Origin: Balanoglossus misakiensis
Lineage: Eukaryota; Animalia; Hemichordata
Direction of reading: 5' to 3'
DNA length: 64,000 nt
NCBI GenBank assembly: GCA_040954595.2
Contig: CM082585.2
Span: 8,753,649-8,817,648, forward strand
Position 1 is the stretch's first letter. The number at the start of each line of letters is the position of its first letter. The translations under genes were made by a program, and so were the position numbers. This document shows positions 39,561 through 53,994 of this stretch, in pieces. The notes beneath the pieces are model-generated. The model made no database searches. It was not told where the DNA came from and saw only the letters and a program-made list of their open reading frames with translations.

Positions 39561-42500
39561 TAATTGGAATTTTTTGGTGTTGGGGCATAGTGACCTCATG
39601 CCGTGTGCAAAAGAAAAATCCTGGATCTTGAAGGTGACCTTGAGATGCCTCCAATTCTGTCTTCTTTTTTTCTGGAAAAGCACCGTGTTATTGACTATCC
39701 ATTATGGCACACATACCATCAAAGTAATAATATATATTCTCAATAAATATTATTTTATCCAACAGAGAAATGCTATGGTGTTTTTTGTTTTGTTTTTCTT
39801 TCTGTAGATTCTGAAGCAAAATCTATATACCAATCAAATAGTGACGAACTCTTTGTCGACAGGTGGTTGGAATAAAACGTCACAAGCTTAGCTACTGCAT
39901 ACAATATTAGAAACAAAGGCGACGGGACAATTTCACCCCGTCTCGACCGTCTGTTTCACATGTTTGAAAATGGTTCCGCCCAAAATCTGCATAATAATAC
40001 ACGGCTGTGTGCAACCCAGCTTCTTTGTTTTGCTTCGACGCCGGATCACAGGGCATGTGTATTTCGAGTTCGCTCGTGTTGTGTTTTGAGTTTGCCGTTT
40101 AGACTGAAACAAGCAGCGGCAGAGAAGACATTCCTACATAACCGACTGTATTTTGAAATCCTGTGAGCGTGCAGTACCTCAATTTGCACCTAGGGAAAAA
40201 AATTCCGTGGAAGTCGAAATATGATTTGGTAGCTAGCAGACGACATTTTGAAAACAAACACAATCGGTCGCCACGTGTTCAGATAAATTTCAAACATACC
40301 AAGCTATTACCAGTAATATTGTGGTACAAGACAAACGGTAAGTAAATTTCATTATCTTTTAAATATATATTTTTAATATTTTACCTTGAACAAATTGGTT
40401 AGACAAACTATAGTCAATGCGATTATGCCAGGCCCGCATGCGACATCAAATCGCTTGCAGCCCTGCCATTGTTTGCATGGGATTAAATTCGTTTACAATT
40501 TCATTAATTATTGTGCGTGTAAGCGTCGGCCACACACTGAAATTGTGATCGAAAATGTCCACCAAAACGAGGTGATTTTTGTCGCGAGGGTGTGCTTGAG
40601 GTAAGCTATCATGTTTATTTCGCAAAGAAATGGACATCGCGGACGCGATGTGTCCATTGCAGGGCAACGTACATCAGCGTCCTTCATATTTTATAGGGAA
40701 TAGGCATAATGTGTACGGGTAATGATATAATAATGTTACGTGTTTTTAATTCCATATGCATGCAAACCAATTCTGAATCCCACACCAATACGCGATGTGT
40801 TGACGACTGTCTTTCTCGGGTATCTCTATCCGTATGGTCGATCTGTTTGGCACATATAATAATTACTTTAGCCTTTATGGTTATACTAGTTATTATCTAG
40901 ACAGGATGATGCACGCAATAATATTAGACGCATTTATTAGTCCCGAGCAAATTATATTATAAAAATAACACTCGCCATTAATTAATCGAGAATTAATTGA
41001 TGGGCTTACATGTTATTAGCCACTGCATTTAATTATCATCATATAATTGAAAATGGAAGCTTTGAGATATGTATCAGTTAAAAGCACTTGTAGTGTGTCG
41101 TTTTGTCGCATTTGAGATCCGCATCGGTTTAAACCGGTTTGTATACATATTAAATTTTATGGCCTGAATATCTGACTGACTATCAAATGATTGATCATTA
41201 TTCTGTATACACTGAAGACAATCAATATCACGTTTTTGAACAGACATCATAATATGTCTTCACATTTATCATGACAGGCAATCGCGATCGTACACCTGCA
41301 TGGTTCATTTGGGAATTTGATGGAAAACTGGATGAATGCAAAGACAGGTTCTTTCCTCTACAAAAAAATATATTTGAAAGGGAAAAGCGGAGTGATTGTC
41401 GTAAATAAAGCAGGTTTGCGACAATCGATTTTACGGTAATAGAAAACTGTCATTCGTCCGTGAAGATGCACGAACTCAAATCAAGGGTATCTCGACGCAA
41501 GCGTGTCACACAAATATTACAAGTTCACGACGCTATGGTGGATATTAACGATATTAAACAATTTGTCGGGTAACGCTTTACCGACCGTACTTGACACACA
41601 TAAAATGACCGAATAACAGCGATGCCTGAAACATCACAGAAGTAAGCCTAGTGGCGGATTGTTTCTCTTCATTTCATGAGGTAATTATTGAAAATGCTAT
41701 TTCGATATGATTTATACTTTTGGATCACAGACCTTCTCATTCACAATTACATAACCTCCAGAGATCAGGGGTTCACCTGTAGGGCCATAAGTTAGAGATT
41801 GTTGGTACCATTGGATTGTTATACCTGTTCTATTTATTTAGTAGATCTGTTGAGTAGTTCAATATTAATGTCGCTCAGGTCAAGTTCACTCTACTGCAGC
41901 TGGTCTAGTTGTCTTCAACGCGAACGGCCAAATGTGTATCATACAAAGTTACAGCTCATATAGGCCTGTGTCGTTTCACTTACATTACTTGCATCAGATA
42001 TTGGCCTGGGTTCTATTTTTGCGTCGATAACATATTTATTTTTGGTATAATATTCGTTGTTTGCAAGATGATATATTTCAGTCCACATTGTGTTGCTGGT
42101 ATACACAGGCGTTCATTTACACGAATTCAGTCGTCAGTTTAACAAACCGCCGTCCCACATCATAACGTTGTAGGGGAATGCTATTAAATCGCGAAGATAA
42201 AATGAAATCGTTGACCAGAATATTACCAACGCGTAGGGGTACTGATGAGGTATGTATTATGTCGCGTTGCCCTTGGTACTAATGAACTGCATTGAAACAA
42301 ACGTATAAATTATTAATTAGCTGCAGCTGTGGCGATGTATTGGAAAGCCAGGTGTGTGTCTCAGTGTTTATCGAAGAAAACAGTCATTTTTAGGTTCGCC
42401 GGTATTTTCGATTTTGCTCAGAAAAGTGGTCTGCGTAAGTATTGAATTCCTCTAACTTGTTGAACGTGTTTTGTAAGCTATATTTACCTTAGAAAGCATA

Positions 42501-44430
42501 GTGGACTGAACCAGCTGGCTGTCTCTATGCATGATACCCATCATATGTACATTTTAATATTGTTTCTCTTACATCAAAGAAAAATGCCTTTGTGCAGCAC
42601 GCATGACTTCGACAGATGTTTCACACGTCGAACCAAACACCCAGAAAACCGCGAACAATGGAACGAAATAGCATCAAGTTTGATTAGGGGGAGGGTAGGG
42701 GAGGGAACTTTGTTGCAGACAGCAAACACGGGACGGTAGCTGACACATACGGCCATCATCTGTCGCATATCGCCGTGACAGTGCATTTAATTGCCCAGGG
42801 CACTATGCGACAACATCCATAAATAGGCCGCTCGGGGTCCGTCCGACCTGCACGCATCGCTATGCATGAAAACACTGCATGATTGTTATCGCCCTTGCTC
42901 ATCACAATATTAATAAACCAGGTATTCATCTCCAGCAACAGGTGCAATACCCAGCATTCCAAGGGGCGATCTCTTTTAACGATACAAATGTATATCCCTA
43001 TAGGGTATGAACTCGGCTCATGTATTTTCTATGCCGCGTACTATTATTACCCATCGCCAACGTGTAAAAAGCGTCTCAGCAGATGAAGAAGGCCTACCCT
43101 AGTCTAACTGTAAAAGACACGTTCCGTTACCCAGCCGAAAGGTCTTTTCTGCATTTCTGTATATTTGGTTTTTCTAACCCTGAAACTACAGTATTTTCTG
43201 TGGAAAGAACAAATTCTACGAAATTTTATATCCTTTCATTCCGTAAGGAAATTTCAAAGTGGGATTTCTAATAGACGTCACGGTACGTACTGTATATTTA
43301 TATTACAGCACGGTGTTTTCTATTTTCTGAAAACACTTGTGAACTTTAATGATGCTGTATGGTCAGCGATAGAATATTGGAATTGGAGCTTTGAGGTTTA
43401 AATATAGTACATATACGAGAAGCCACCAGTTGAATAGAGTTCTTTTCAAATGACAGCTGTTTGGCCACGTATGACGTCAGCACCAAGCAATAAACCCTTT
43501 ACACCAATCGAAATCAATTAAGAAACACACAAAAGGAAAACGAAGAAACGGACAATTTTCCTATAGGGCTCAATTACTACGAAAATTATGACGAAGATGA
43601 AAATATAATTGCATTAAAACTTCTCCATGCAGTGTACAGTATGACGTCAAGAAGTTAAATTTAGCACAAGCAGAAAGCGAAAGGATACCGTTCGCACACG
43701 CGAGGTCTAAGCGGTGATTGCCTTATACGGGTAATATCATCCTTGTCAACTGGGTCATTTGTAAAGTTTCGTTCGCTGACCGAACACAGAACGATGGACC
43801 TTCAGATATATTTATTGATTTTACCTTATATGCGCGTTTGATTAATGTACAAGCTTGCCTTGGACCAAAATAAGTCTAACCTTTAATGTCAAATCAACAG
43901 TAAAGGGCTTCTCCAATCAATTAAGCAAAAAAGACAATTTTTATTTTTGTCACATTATAATTTCACGGGTTTGTAGGTTATCATAAATGTGAATTCGCTT
44001 ATGTCATGTGTCGCAAATTACTATGTCTTCTATGTTAACGCGTCTTTTCGAATAACTATAACAAGATCGAAAGCAAACTGTAGTTCCATGAGTCGCGGTG
44101 AACGCCATGAATAGGCTGTATGACCGGTGAACTGTATGGTTCACCAAAGTCGGTTAAATAATGAGATTTCCGATGTACGTATATACAAAAAATGTTGGCA
44201 ATTTATGAACTGGTCTCCGCATCTTGATTTCACAAGTCCATCTCTAGGACTCGCAGCAGGAAATAAACTAACTAGTTGTAATGTCTACGCTTCAACACAC
44301 ACGTAATTTTTTCACAAAATGCTAAAATCGAAGGACCCCAGTTGATTGCGATGAAGCAAGAGCATATTGGTTCTCTGGTTATGGCCGGACGTGACGTAAA
44401 CGTCTTTTCTATTTCTTTCTATTTTAGATC

Positions 44431-45536
44431 ATGACGTCACAGTACAGCAGACAATTGACGGGTTCCAGCAGTAGTCTGGCGACGGCCATTCGTACGCTGA
44501 AAATAGCCGAGAAGGCGCTGAGAAATGAAATCGATGACGCGGCGGGCGTCATCACCTTGGCAACGATTACGCGCCACTTGAGATTGGCACAGCTGATCAA
44601 CGTAATCACCGGATTAGCTGCCTTGGAAACGGAAATGAGTGCGTACTTGAAGAATTCCTGCAAAGATTTGCAGTTTCTGGACAAATTCTCGGAGGAAGCA
44701 ATGAAAGCATGTATGCTTTCCGTACTGAAAGTGAGTAGTGCGTGTTAGTTTTCAGGTCATAGATGTCATTCTCGCAAACCATGTCGCATATCCTGTTCCT
44801 GTGTAGTTATTAAGTGTTGCCGTTGAGATCAGTTATTTCACGACAAACGTGTGGCGCTATATTTTATTGGTTTCAGAGAAGAATGAAAATAAAGAGTAGA
44901 AAATATTTTTGTCATTGAATATACATAAGAACAGTTAATAAAACTGAATCAGCAAATAATCATGAAGTTTGATAATAATGATGGGTGATATTTTCTTATA
45001 CAAACAAAGTAAACGAAAGAGACTAGCATATGTCAGCTTATATGGCGCTGTTGTCCAATTATGCTCTCATCTCGAGGAAGGGACAAGTACAGTCTGACGA
45101 GATAGAGGCACTCCTAGACTAAAATAAAGATGAAGATTTCCTCCCTCGGACAAGTCGACACGAGAATTTAGTCTGTGAATCTCTACTTGACAAATGGTGT
45201 CTGTCGGTATCCATGGCAAAAAGTCATAACTTGACCGTTTTTTTTCTAACACAGGAAACTGAATCTATCCACCACGCGTCTGACAACCTGCCATCGAAAT
45301 CAGGCGACCAATACTACACAGAAGACAGCATCGCCATCATCACATCCTCGTCTGAGGTAATTTTGCAAAAGTTGGACACGATATGTGATATGTTGCGACC
45401 CAGCCAGAAGAAGACTCCCTCACCATCTGACCAGCTCATGTTATTTGACAAAGTCATCAAGCGACTGACGGTAGGGCTGCCGCTGAAGTACGTCATGTCG
45501 TTCAGACACTGTTCCGAAAGAGTACGCCAGCTGTAA
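44431..45536 (+). CDS. Uncharacterised predicted all-alpha protein, 193 aa, two coding exons
   Basis: Exon 44431-44730 (polypyrimidine tract + TAG acceptor ending 44427, donor AAA|GTGAGT) joins in phase 0 to exon 45255-45536 (tttttctaacacag| acceptor, TAA stop). Both exons are GC-richer than their flanks. AATAAA near 45916. Family not recognised. Confidence 0.75.
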
Positions 45537-46899
45537 CGTTGTTAGTAAAAACCATGCCGTTGTTCGTGATATATACTGATATAGATATTTATGATGTCAT
45601 ATCGTGGCATAGAAAATGTCTTTTTAAATGAAAAATACCGTTACTTATATTAAACCGACCTGTTATGTAAGGTAGACACCAATAGCATCACTAAGGTAGA
45701 TATGTCATTTAGATATCCGTTTGTTTTGTTACCTTGAAATCGCTTTTAAATAATTTAGCATAGACTTCTTTGCATATTCAGTTCGTGAACAACTGGCGCT
45801 GTTGTTATGTTATGCAAATTACTTTAACACGAATATGCAAACTAACACTTTTCAAGAGAATGCCTCATTATTACACCATGTCCAGAATATTTACTTAGGA
45901 AATATTAAACACGATAATAAAAGTGCAATACGATAACAGAGAAAGTGGATAAGCTTATTAGGTTTGCAATCAAAATGAAATCGTAGCCTTAGTTTTAATA
46001 GTGCAATATTAAGAATTAGCTCGAACTTATATCCCTTTTTGTATATTTGAATTAAAAATTAAATTCTGATATGAAGAGTATCAAGTATATATCTCATAGC
46101 GTCTTTTTTTAAATTTTGGGATGAAATAGCTCCACAGGCTACATATAACACTCCAACAATTGGTCTGAAGGTGAAATCCGGGTATTGAATACAGTTTAGA
46201 CAGAAGACAAAAACTAGACAGAAAATACCAGTCTTTACAATCTAACATTTTTTAATATACTGTGTATTTATGAACTCTTTATTTACAAACACATTTCTCT
46301 GTACGGTATCTACACGTCCAGGTATGCTTTGGTACGTGTAGTGGTAGGACAAAGATTAGTCGAAGACTGTTTGAAGACTATATATGTGTATATTTTTGTT
46401 TGTACAATGATTGACGTACCGTTTCTAATTAAATCCACAAATGTTAAAATAAAATATATCGTAAAAAAGTCTTTTTACAAAATCTTCACTCCAAATAAAT
46501 ACTTTGAAAACATCTTGTATATCATAAGCTACAAGCAAATTAGAATAATGGAATTTTTAGAAAATGTCGACATTTTCTCTTTCGTGGCTAGGAAAGCTTT
46601 TGTACATAGCACGTTGGACAAAGCAAGTTCCAACATTTGGCACATAAAACGACAAAATGAACGGAAAAAGACTGTGAAGTCAAAATTGTGCACCTTTTTG
46701 GCCTCCGGCGAAGGGAGGTGCACCCTCTAACAGTTTGTCCTTACAAATGGACTGGACGGATGTGCTGATTGAAATCAATTAATGGTCATTTAAATATTTT
46801 GCAGCAACTACAAAATCATGTTTTTTTCCTCCTCCGAAAAAGTACCATGGCAACGGCGTGGAATGTGATTGTCATATTTGAGAATAAAAAGATCTTGTA

Positions 46900-49800
46900 C
46901 TATTGCACCACACACATCTTGGAAACGCTATTTCCGGCGTGTTTGACCAGGCCACTCTTGAAAACTGACGATTTTCCCGCCCGCTGCTTCAGCATGATAG
47001 AAACACCAAGATACTCGTAGAAGTCGATGGTGTCCGAGCTATCGACGTCCACCTCCAACATGGCTTCCTAAAGCAATGCGGGAAATATATAAAGAAAAAT
47101 GACAAACACTAAACTTTGTTTTCGCTTATCCCAGAATGCATAGCTGCAAACGTCATAGGGATTTGTTCAGTTCCGGTTCCGGTATTTTAAAAATGGCAGA
47201 CGACAAAATGATGTCATGTTCGTCGTCGAGTCTTCGCCGATTTGCCGTGCAACTGCAACTTGGTACATGTATAACTTAAACTACGGAGTTGATGTGGTGT
47301 TGAACAGAACCGTGCGGTCGGAAAAAGGGTAGGGTTGCTTTTTATTTAGAAATTATTGGCTCTCTGCGCTGTATGCTGTGTCAGTGTGTGTAAGCAAGAT
47401 ACACGCTTCATGTACATGTCATATGATATACAGCGCAGAGACATGTGTGCGATGAAGGTTCTCCCTATGCTTGCATAAGTGGCCAGACCACAACACCTGT
47501 GATTCGTCACTTACTTTCGTGGAACAGGTGGAAACACTTCTCGGGTTGTGAATACAAAAACCATAACTTACTCTGATTTGCGCAGGTGTGTAGTAGTTTC
47601 CAATGGTGGCTTGCATAGCATGGGTCATTTCAGACATGTCCAGAGTGTAGTCCCCGTTTGTGTCGTATTGGCAGAAATTCTCATATTGGTCCCGTATCTG
47701 CATAACATAACAGGCAACACTGCAATTAGTGTGATATACTTCGAGGGCGTTAGTCAAATTTTAGTTCGTATGTGAATGTAGTTTGGTAAAAAGTAACAAG
47801 ATTGGCAAAACAACACAACACAACACAACAAAGCATAATACATTCAGTTCCATTCACTGCAATACACGTACCTGGTCCTCGGTGAGGATAGGATAGTACT
47901 TCATTGTCTCCTCGATATCGAGTTTCCCATCTTCGTCGATGAGGTCTGGGTGTACTGTGAAAATTATCAACATGAATATATCAGCCCATTATCATTGAGC
48001 ACGCAGTGTCCCTTTCTCAGAGGCAATACAATAATTTCATTCAGGGAAAGCATTCATTTTGTGAATGTCTTGCCTGGTGGAGGCACTAACAGTGGCCGGG
48101 ACCTCACTTACTTGTTGCTGCTGAAGGTCTCTTCCCACGAACCTCACAGACGTCGTCGACGTTGGAAAGATTTGCTTCGCTCGTTGACCTCTCACTGTCA
48201 GACGCAACGCTGGCTGTGTCTTCAACATCCATACCAGTTAATCGCTTCTGAAGGGGCTGTATTTTCCTGGATTATGTGTGAACGTTGATTCAGTAAATAC
48301 ATGATGTATATGATATTTCATCTGGGATATATGATGACTAATACATGTTTATTGAACCAAGTGTAGGTCTAGGAAAGACAAGGAGTATGGATGATTCATT
48401 TCAATTCCCTGGAAATTAAAGCTACAGACATATTACTTGTACTTACCCATTTTTGTAAAGGGGTGATAACTTCTTGCCCAGTGGATGTCCAAGTATTTCC
48501 TGAAAAGAGCATGCATGTGATAATGCTGATAATTTGTCTGGTGTAATACATGCATTCGTGTGTTTTTTTGTGTGTTTTCAATCTTTCCATATGTTACCGA
48601 GGGTGATTATGTCAACTTGTCAAACAATATATAATTTTCAATACATGTTTGTTATCAATCATATTTTGTTTCTTATTTACTCACATTGCCACTGTAAATG
48701 TAATGATCAGGCAGATCTGCTCGAAGTGATTCCAGTTTTCCTGCCTTACTTCCTGCCAGAATTGCCTCTTGCAGTTCCTGGAATTTTTTCACATCTTTTG
48801 AACTCAGCTTTTCTCTCTGTTCCTGACGCTCTATCATAATTCTGTGGATAAAAAGTTCACATAATTACAATTTCTTCTGTGTTTCTCGTTACATGTGCAT
48901 GTACTTTAAAACAAGCAATTAAGGTAAAACAAAAGTTATAATTTTTTGCCATCTGAGGGCGCTATTCGGATACCTACTTGAAATCTCTTTGCAGACCGAT
49001 CATACAGCCCACGTAGAGCTTCTGCTGGCGGTGTAGTTCCTGCTCAGCGTTTAGCAAACCCTTCTCTTTCATATAAAGCTGCCTTTTGAGAGAGTCGTTC
49101 TCCGCGTTCGTACCTGGCAACAGAGAGACATCACGCAATCTACAATGAGAGCCTGTCGCTAGCATAAGTCGCAAATTTCATCACACAAAACTACCACTAC
49201 CAGCTATCCTAGCTGAGCTTGTTCGTCCATTTTTACGGAAGTCTTAGCCTCTAATCTGTTCGCAAAGATCTCAGTGGTAACATCGTCTTACTTGCTCCAT
49301 ATCACCACACCAAGACATTCAAGTTCCTTCGAATCACAACAATACATTTCACAAGTCTATACACACCTATTGAATTTGGTTTCATTTTCACTTCTGCAGT
49401 AATCTTCTCCATTTTGACTTTGTGGTCCAATTCCTGTAGATGATTAAAAAGAGATTCTTATGAATATTAGGATCATGAAACGAGAGGCGATATTCATAAT
49501 TCAGTGTACATGTACTTATTTTAACAAGTATTCGAATCGTCCGTCATGCTGCATGATTTCTGTCATCTTAGCAAGTTCACCATGTAGTCGCTTACTCTTA
49601 TTTTATCTTGTAATCTTCGTTTAGTGTCTTCGTGCATTCTTTTCCAGTCTTTCAGTTCCTGTTCCAATTCTTTTTCTCTTTTGGCCACGTGATCAAGAAG
49701 TTTGCCTTTTTCCCTCTCCCACAACTGTACCGTGCCGTCTTTCTTTAGCCTGAGTGAAAAAAGACAAATTGTCATGAACTTGTACTCGGTATTTACTAGC

Positions 49801-51851
49801 TTACTTGGTCAAAGCAGCTGAATGATTTGTTTTATGGTGTCACGTTATGTGTCATATCGTAATATAATGTAGTTTACATGTATTTCCTTCATACCAAGCG
49901 ACCCCTGCTGCAGATGAGGAAATAGTTCGTAAATATCACTCTGTCTCTGTCTCTATTCCTCTCTCCCTCTGTCTCCCTCCCTCCCCTGTCCTCATCCCCT
50001 CTCCCTCTTCTACTTATCAAGACAAGTTGGAGACATACTGTGTAATGGCGTCCTGCTTGTCCTTCAATTGCTGTTGTATCGCCGACAGGCTGCCTTTCAA
50101 CGTATTCAATTCTTTCGTCTTTTCGTCGTATTTCCATTTCAGATCGGACACGTCGCGGTTGGCGTTCATCAGTTCCGCTGCAAAGCAAAACAGTCAACAG
50201 AAAAATGCATCGGTCGATTTCCTTAGCACCAGAAACACCGCTCAGAAAAGGTACGTTGCTTGTAACCATAACTTGACCTTGACTCTCTACAACAGTGTTC
50301 AAGTGTTACATAAGATAATACCGTCAGACTGTTACAGTTATATTTTTGTCGGTTCCCTGTGATTTCTTAAAATTAAATTATACTTACTTTGGAGCTGTTT
50401 TACGTCCTGTATAAGTTGTGTTTCACGTGCTACTCTCATCTATAAGGCAAGGGAAAAATACTTTGTATGGTCATCATAAATTCATCATCATCATCATCAT
50501 CACCACCACCACCAGCAACACCACCACCGCCATCATCACCATCGCAGCTTATGCCGTGACCATTTAGAATTGCAATATAACACTAAACTGCATAGATGCA
50601 TGACCATTATTATTCCTTGCACTTACCGAAAGAGCGATTTCTAAACCTTCTTTGACCAAATCCAGTTTGTCGTAGAAATCCAATAAAATCGCCGCCGGTT
50701 CTTCTTGCTCCTCCGTTTCCGCATCATTTTCGTCATTTCCGCTTTTGCTGTCGAGATAATCCGTTCTGATTTTGTTCCATTTTTCCTTATGCTATGAATC
50801 AAGGAAACAGAAAGATGTGTGAGCTGTCAACGGATTGCCGTGAAAAAAAAGCTTGGGTAAGTCTGAACAACTCATACTATTTCATTTTCTCCGTTTGAGA
50901 GAAAACCCCGCGCTATTAGCCAAAAATGTTGAAATTCAAACGTGATTTCAATGACGTCATACTGTCCAATATCTGCAATGGGTCACAAACAATTTGTAAT
51001 GAATTGTTGTTGTTTTTTACAACCCTATTTGCCCGAGCTCATGACTCGTTTTACGGCGGCTTGGGTTAATTTTTATCGGCAATTGTGACAACTACCCCCA
51101 ATTAAAGTGAATGAAACCTATGATTTCACGCCTTGGACAATAGAACGTTTCTATTCCCTGTGAATGTACGCCATTTTGCCAGGATTTCTTTTAATCCCGG
51201 TTTGGAATGTCGAACAATCGCGATTTAGTTGAACCGACTAGCGTCATGAATTTTGTATGAGAGCAACGACTTGTCATTCCCAAGCTCACAGTTCTATGAA
51301 GTCGGTCGTCCGAAAAATCAGATTTCCGAGCGACAATGACATCTACAACTCTTCCCCACGTGTGGTCGATTTTTATTCGGTATGTCGGATAAAGACCGGA
51401 GAAACCAATCGATATCCCGCTGTTTTGTGCATGTCTTTCCTCGATCGATGGCCGGTGTTTCTCTGAATGAATTCCTGCGTCTCAAACAATGATAGCAACG
51501 ACAACGTCAATCATAGTGACGTCATCCCATTCTGCCGTGCATTTTGTGTAAAGCTGATGCTTAGGTTTTTGATTCCTTCACTAATATACTACTACTACTA
51601 CTACAATGCTGTCACGAACAGAGCTATGAAAACAACCAGAAAACCAAACTGCCCCCACACAAATATATACTCACCACTCGTTCAAGTCTCTGGCAGATCT
51701 CTATGCTTCCAAGCCTCGTCTGTTTCTCGGGGTCTAGATCCAACACGCTGTCGAAAACGTCCAACACTGCGCAAAGTCCATCCTTCAATTCCTTGAGATT
51801 CGCCGACGTGAAGACCAGGGAAGACTTTCCATGTTTGTTTTCCTGCTCCAT
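46900..51851 (-). CDS. Uncharacterised coiled-coil + EF-hand protein with C-terminal CaaX motif (CVVQ), 543 aa
   Basis: 13 GT-AG exons join in frame (1632 nt): 51851-51675, 50791-50627, 50439-50388, 50177-50039, 49749-49596, 49433-49367, 49113-48978, 48841-48685, 48499-48447, 48266-48112, 47954-47872, 47697-47572, 47067-46900. E/K/Q/L-rich heptad-like middle; EF loops DTNGDYTLDMSE and DVDSSDTIDFYE; ends SKMCVVQ-stop. Confidence 0.88.
50481..50543. repeat. (CAT)n/(CAC)n trinucleotide microsatellite in an intron
   Basis: tcatcatcatcatcatcatcaccaccaccaccagcaacaccaccaccgccatcatcaccatc. Confidence 0.85.
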
Positions 51852-52423
51852 TGCAGTGGTACACACGTGAGGGAAAACTCAAAATGATTCTAGTCCTTTG
51901 GGGAAAATTACACTCGGGTAGTAATCCTCGGTATAGGGCTCTTGTTGTATCTAACGCACTGGTGATCAACAGGTGAGATGGAGCTTACACCTGTAAACAA
52001 GTGAAACGGACACGCCGTGAGTGAATTGATGAAATCGACACCGGGCTCACTTAAATTCAATTTCGCCCCAACGTCCCGTGTGTAAACACAAGTTTAGTAT
52101 GAGCGCGCTGGAATGCGACGTAACGAGCCAGCAATGCGACCCCGAGATTATTTGATTTATACAACAATAAATTCAAGCGAAAATCAAATAAAGTACAACC
52201 ACCCGCGTTGCGTGAATTTACAAGGGTCGTTGAATATTTAGACCTGCGTCGTGAGTATTTCACCTTTGTAGTTCAGTGGCAGCAGCCTGCGTGCATGGTT
52301 TGTAACAAAAGTCGAAACAGACATAAACAACTTATACCTGGAATCCCATACTGAAATCCTTCTCGAATAACCCTGAGTCTGGTGCTATGTTATCTAAACC
52401 GTTACAACGGTAATGGTTGTTGG

Positions 52424-52617
52424 TAAGGGAGTGTCCAGTTATCATACGAGGGGGGTGGGCCGAAGGAAAGGGGAGGGGTGCTATATTTTGCTTAATGCTT
52501 AAAGAGGGGATGGTCACATATTAGAAAGGGATGTTGGGGGAGGGTCATTTTTATATAAATAGACCGTCCCCGATTTTCCCCTGGCCCTCCCTCTCATAAT
52601 AAATGAAAGCTCCCTAA
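52424..52617. mobile_element. 188-bp PIF/Harbinger-like MITE
   Basis: TAA|GGGAG ... CTCCC|TAA with about 35-bp imperfect TIRs; 3-bp TAA duplication and GGG termini. Confidence 0.65.
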
Positions 52618-53994
52618 CACACGATGGCGGTGTGATTACTCGTCCGTTCTGTTTGTATAGCGTACACTATGTTGTCATAACATCCCACTGGGGTATGATA
52701 CCCCCTTGTGGTCAAGGAAGTCAAACAAGAAATGATACCGTCTTGTGGCCAAATAACAACGAGAAAGCAAATAAACTTGATGTTTCTTAAATATTATCAA
52801 GGCCGTGTTACAAGGTATTTAAGGACATAGCAGTGTACTGAAACACAAATAATTCATGTTTAAATTTAAAATACCCGAGCTGAGCTTCAAACTGCGTGTA
52901 AATCGAAAATCGCGAGAAAAGTCTTAAATTACAGGGATTTCAACGGTTCTACGCCGTCCTAGGATATTGCGTTGTTTTGACGAGACAAAACGACAACTTT
53001 TAACAGGATGGGATAAATACGGCATACATACCTAATTTCTCAGGGTTTTTTTGGACGATGTCGCAGAGACTTTTACCACCAGACAACGCAGTGAAGTTGG
53101 TTACGTATCACTAAAACCACAGTGGTGTTTTTTTCAGTTTTAAATATTCTGCGTAAGTACACGTCATAAAGCCTGATATAGTGAGGTCGTATGGGTCGCG
53201 CGAAATAACGCGTGCCAGTTAAAGGTAGACGCGCTTGATTTCATCTAAACAAACAGCCTTCGTGAAGAATGTTTCATTTCAACTTTTTATATTCAGCTCG
53301 GAGTAGATAAAAATCCGCTGGTTTCCATGTCAACGATGATCGCTCGTCTTGAAAATGTCAAAGTAAAAAGTCAGAACAATAAATATTGGTCGTGAAAGTT
53401 GGTTAAGCGTGAGCGCGAAGTATTACGTATATAAATTTTGCAATATTGTTGTTCGTTACGTCGAAAATGCATTTAAGGAGCAGTTGAAGCGGTTACTTAG
53501 CAACCGTTGACAAACTTCAACAAATGGAAGTCTTGTGGAAGCGATTGTCGATAATAAAAACTGAGTCAGGGAAGCGAGGACTGTATCGCAACCATTGGTT
53601 ACAAACGGGCACGTTCGGACACGACGGAAAACACGCAACCAGCATCCTTCAGGAGCCCCCCCCCCCCCCGTTAAACAGGCCGCTTGCAAACGACAACAAA
53701 AATTATGTAACAGAGCAAATAATAACTGATCTGCGTATCGTAGGAAGCCGTTACTGCAGGGACACAGGAGAACTCGATTATCTATAAACTTAACTAGACA
53801 TTATAATTCTCTGGCATCGTTTCAGAAAAACAATCACAAATCACCGCCTTGTCCGTTTCAACAAATTCGGCAGATGAAAACAACATTCTCATCCCAGCCA
53901 CTAGACGATGACGTCTTTACTGCGGACGTAACAACAGTTTGGTGCTATTTTTAATCGATCGACAACCCCCAGAGATAAAATAAAATCGTGACTG

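Noticed and set aside
42856-42921. Signal-peptide-like LLSPLLITILINQ that could splice in frame to the 193-aa gene
   Set aside because: An in-frame TGA separates it from the upstream ATG, so it cannot be supported as coding.
51750-51800. ELKDGLCAVLDVFDSV resembling the first helix of S100 proteins
   Set aside because: No S100 pseudo-EF loop follows; generic amphipathic helix similarity.
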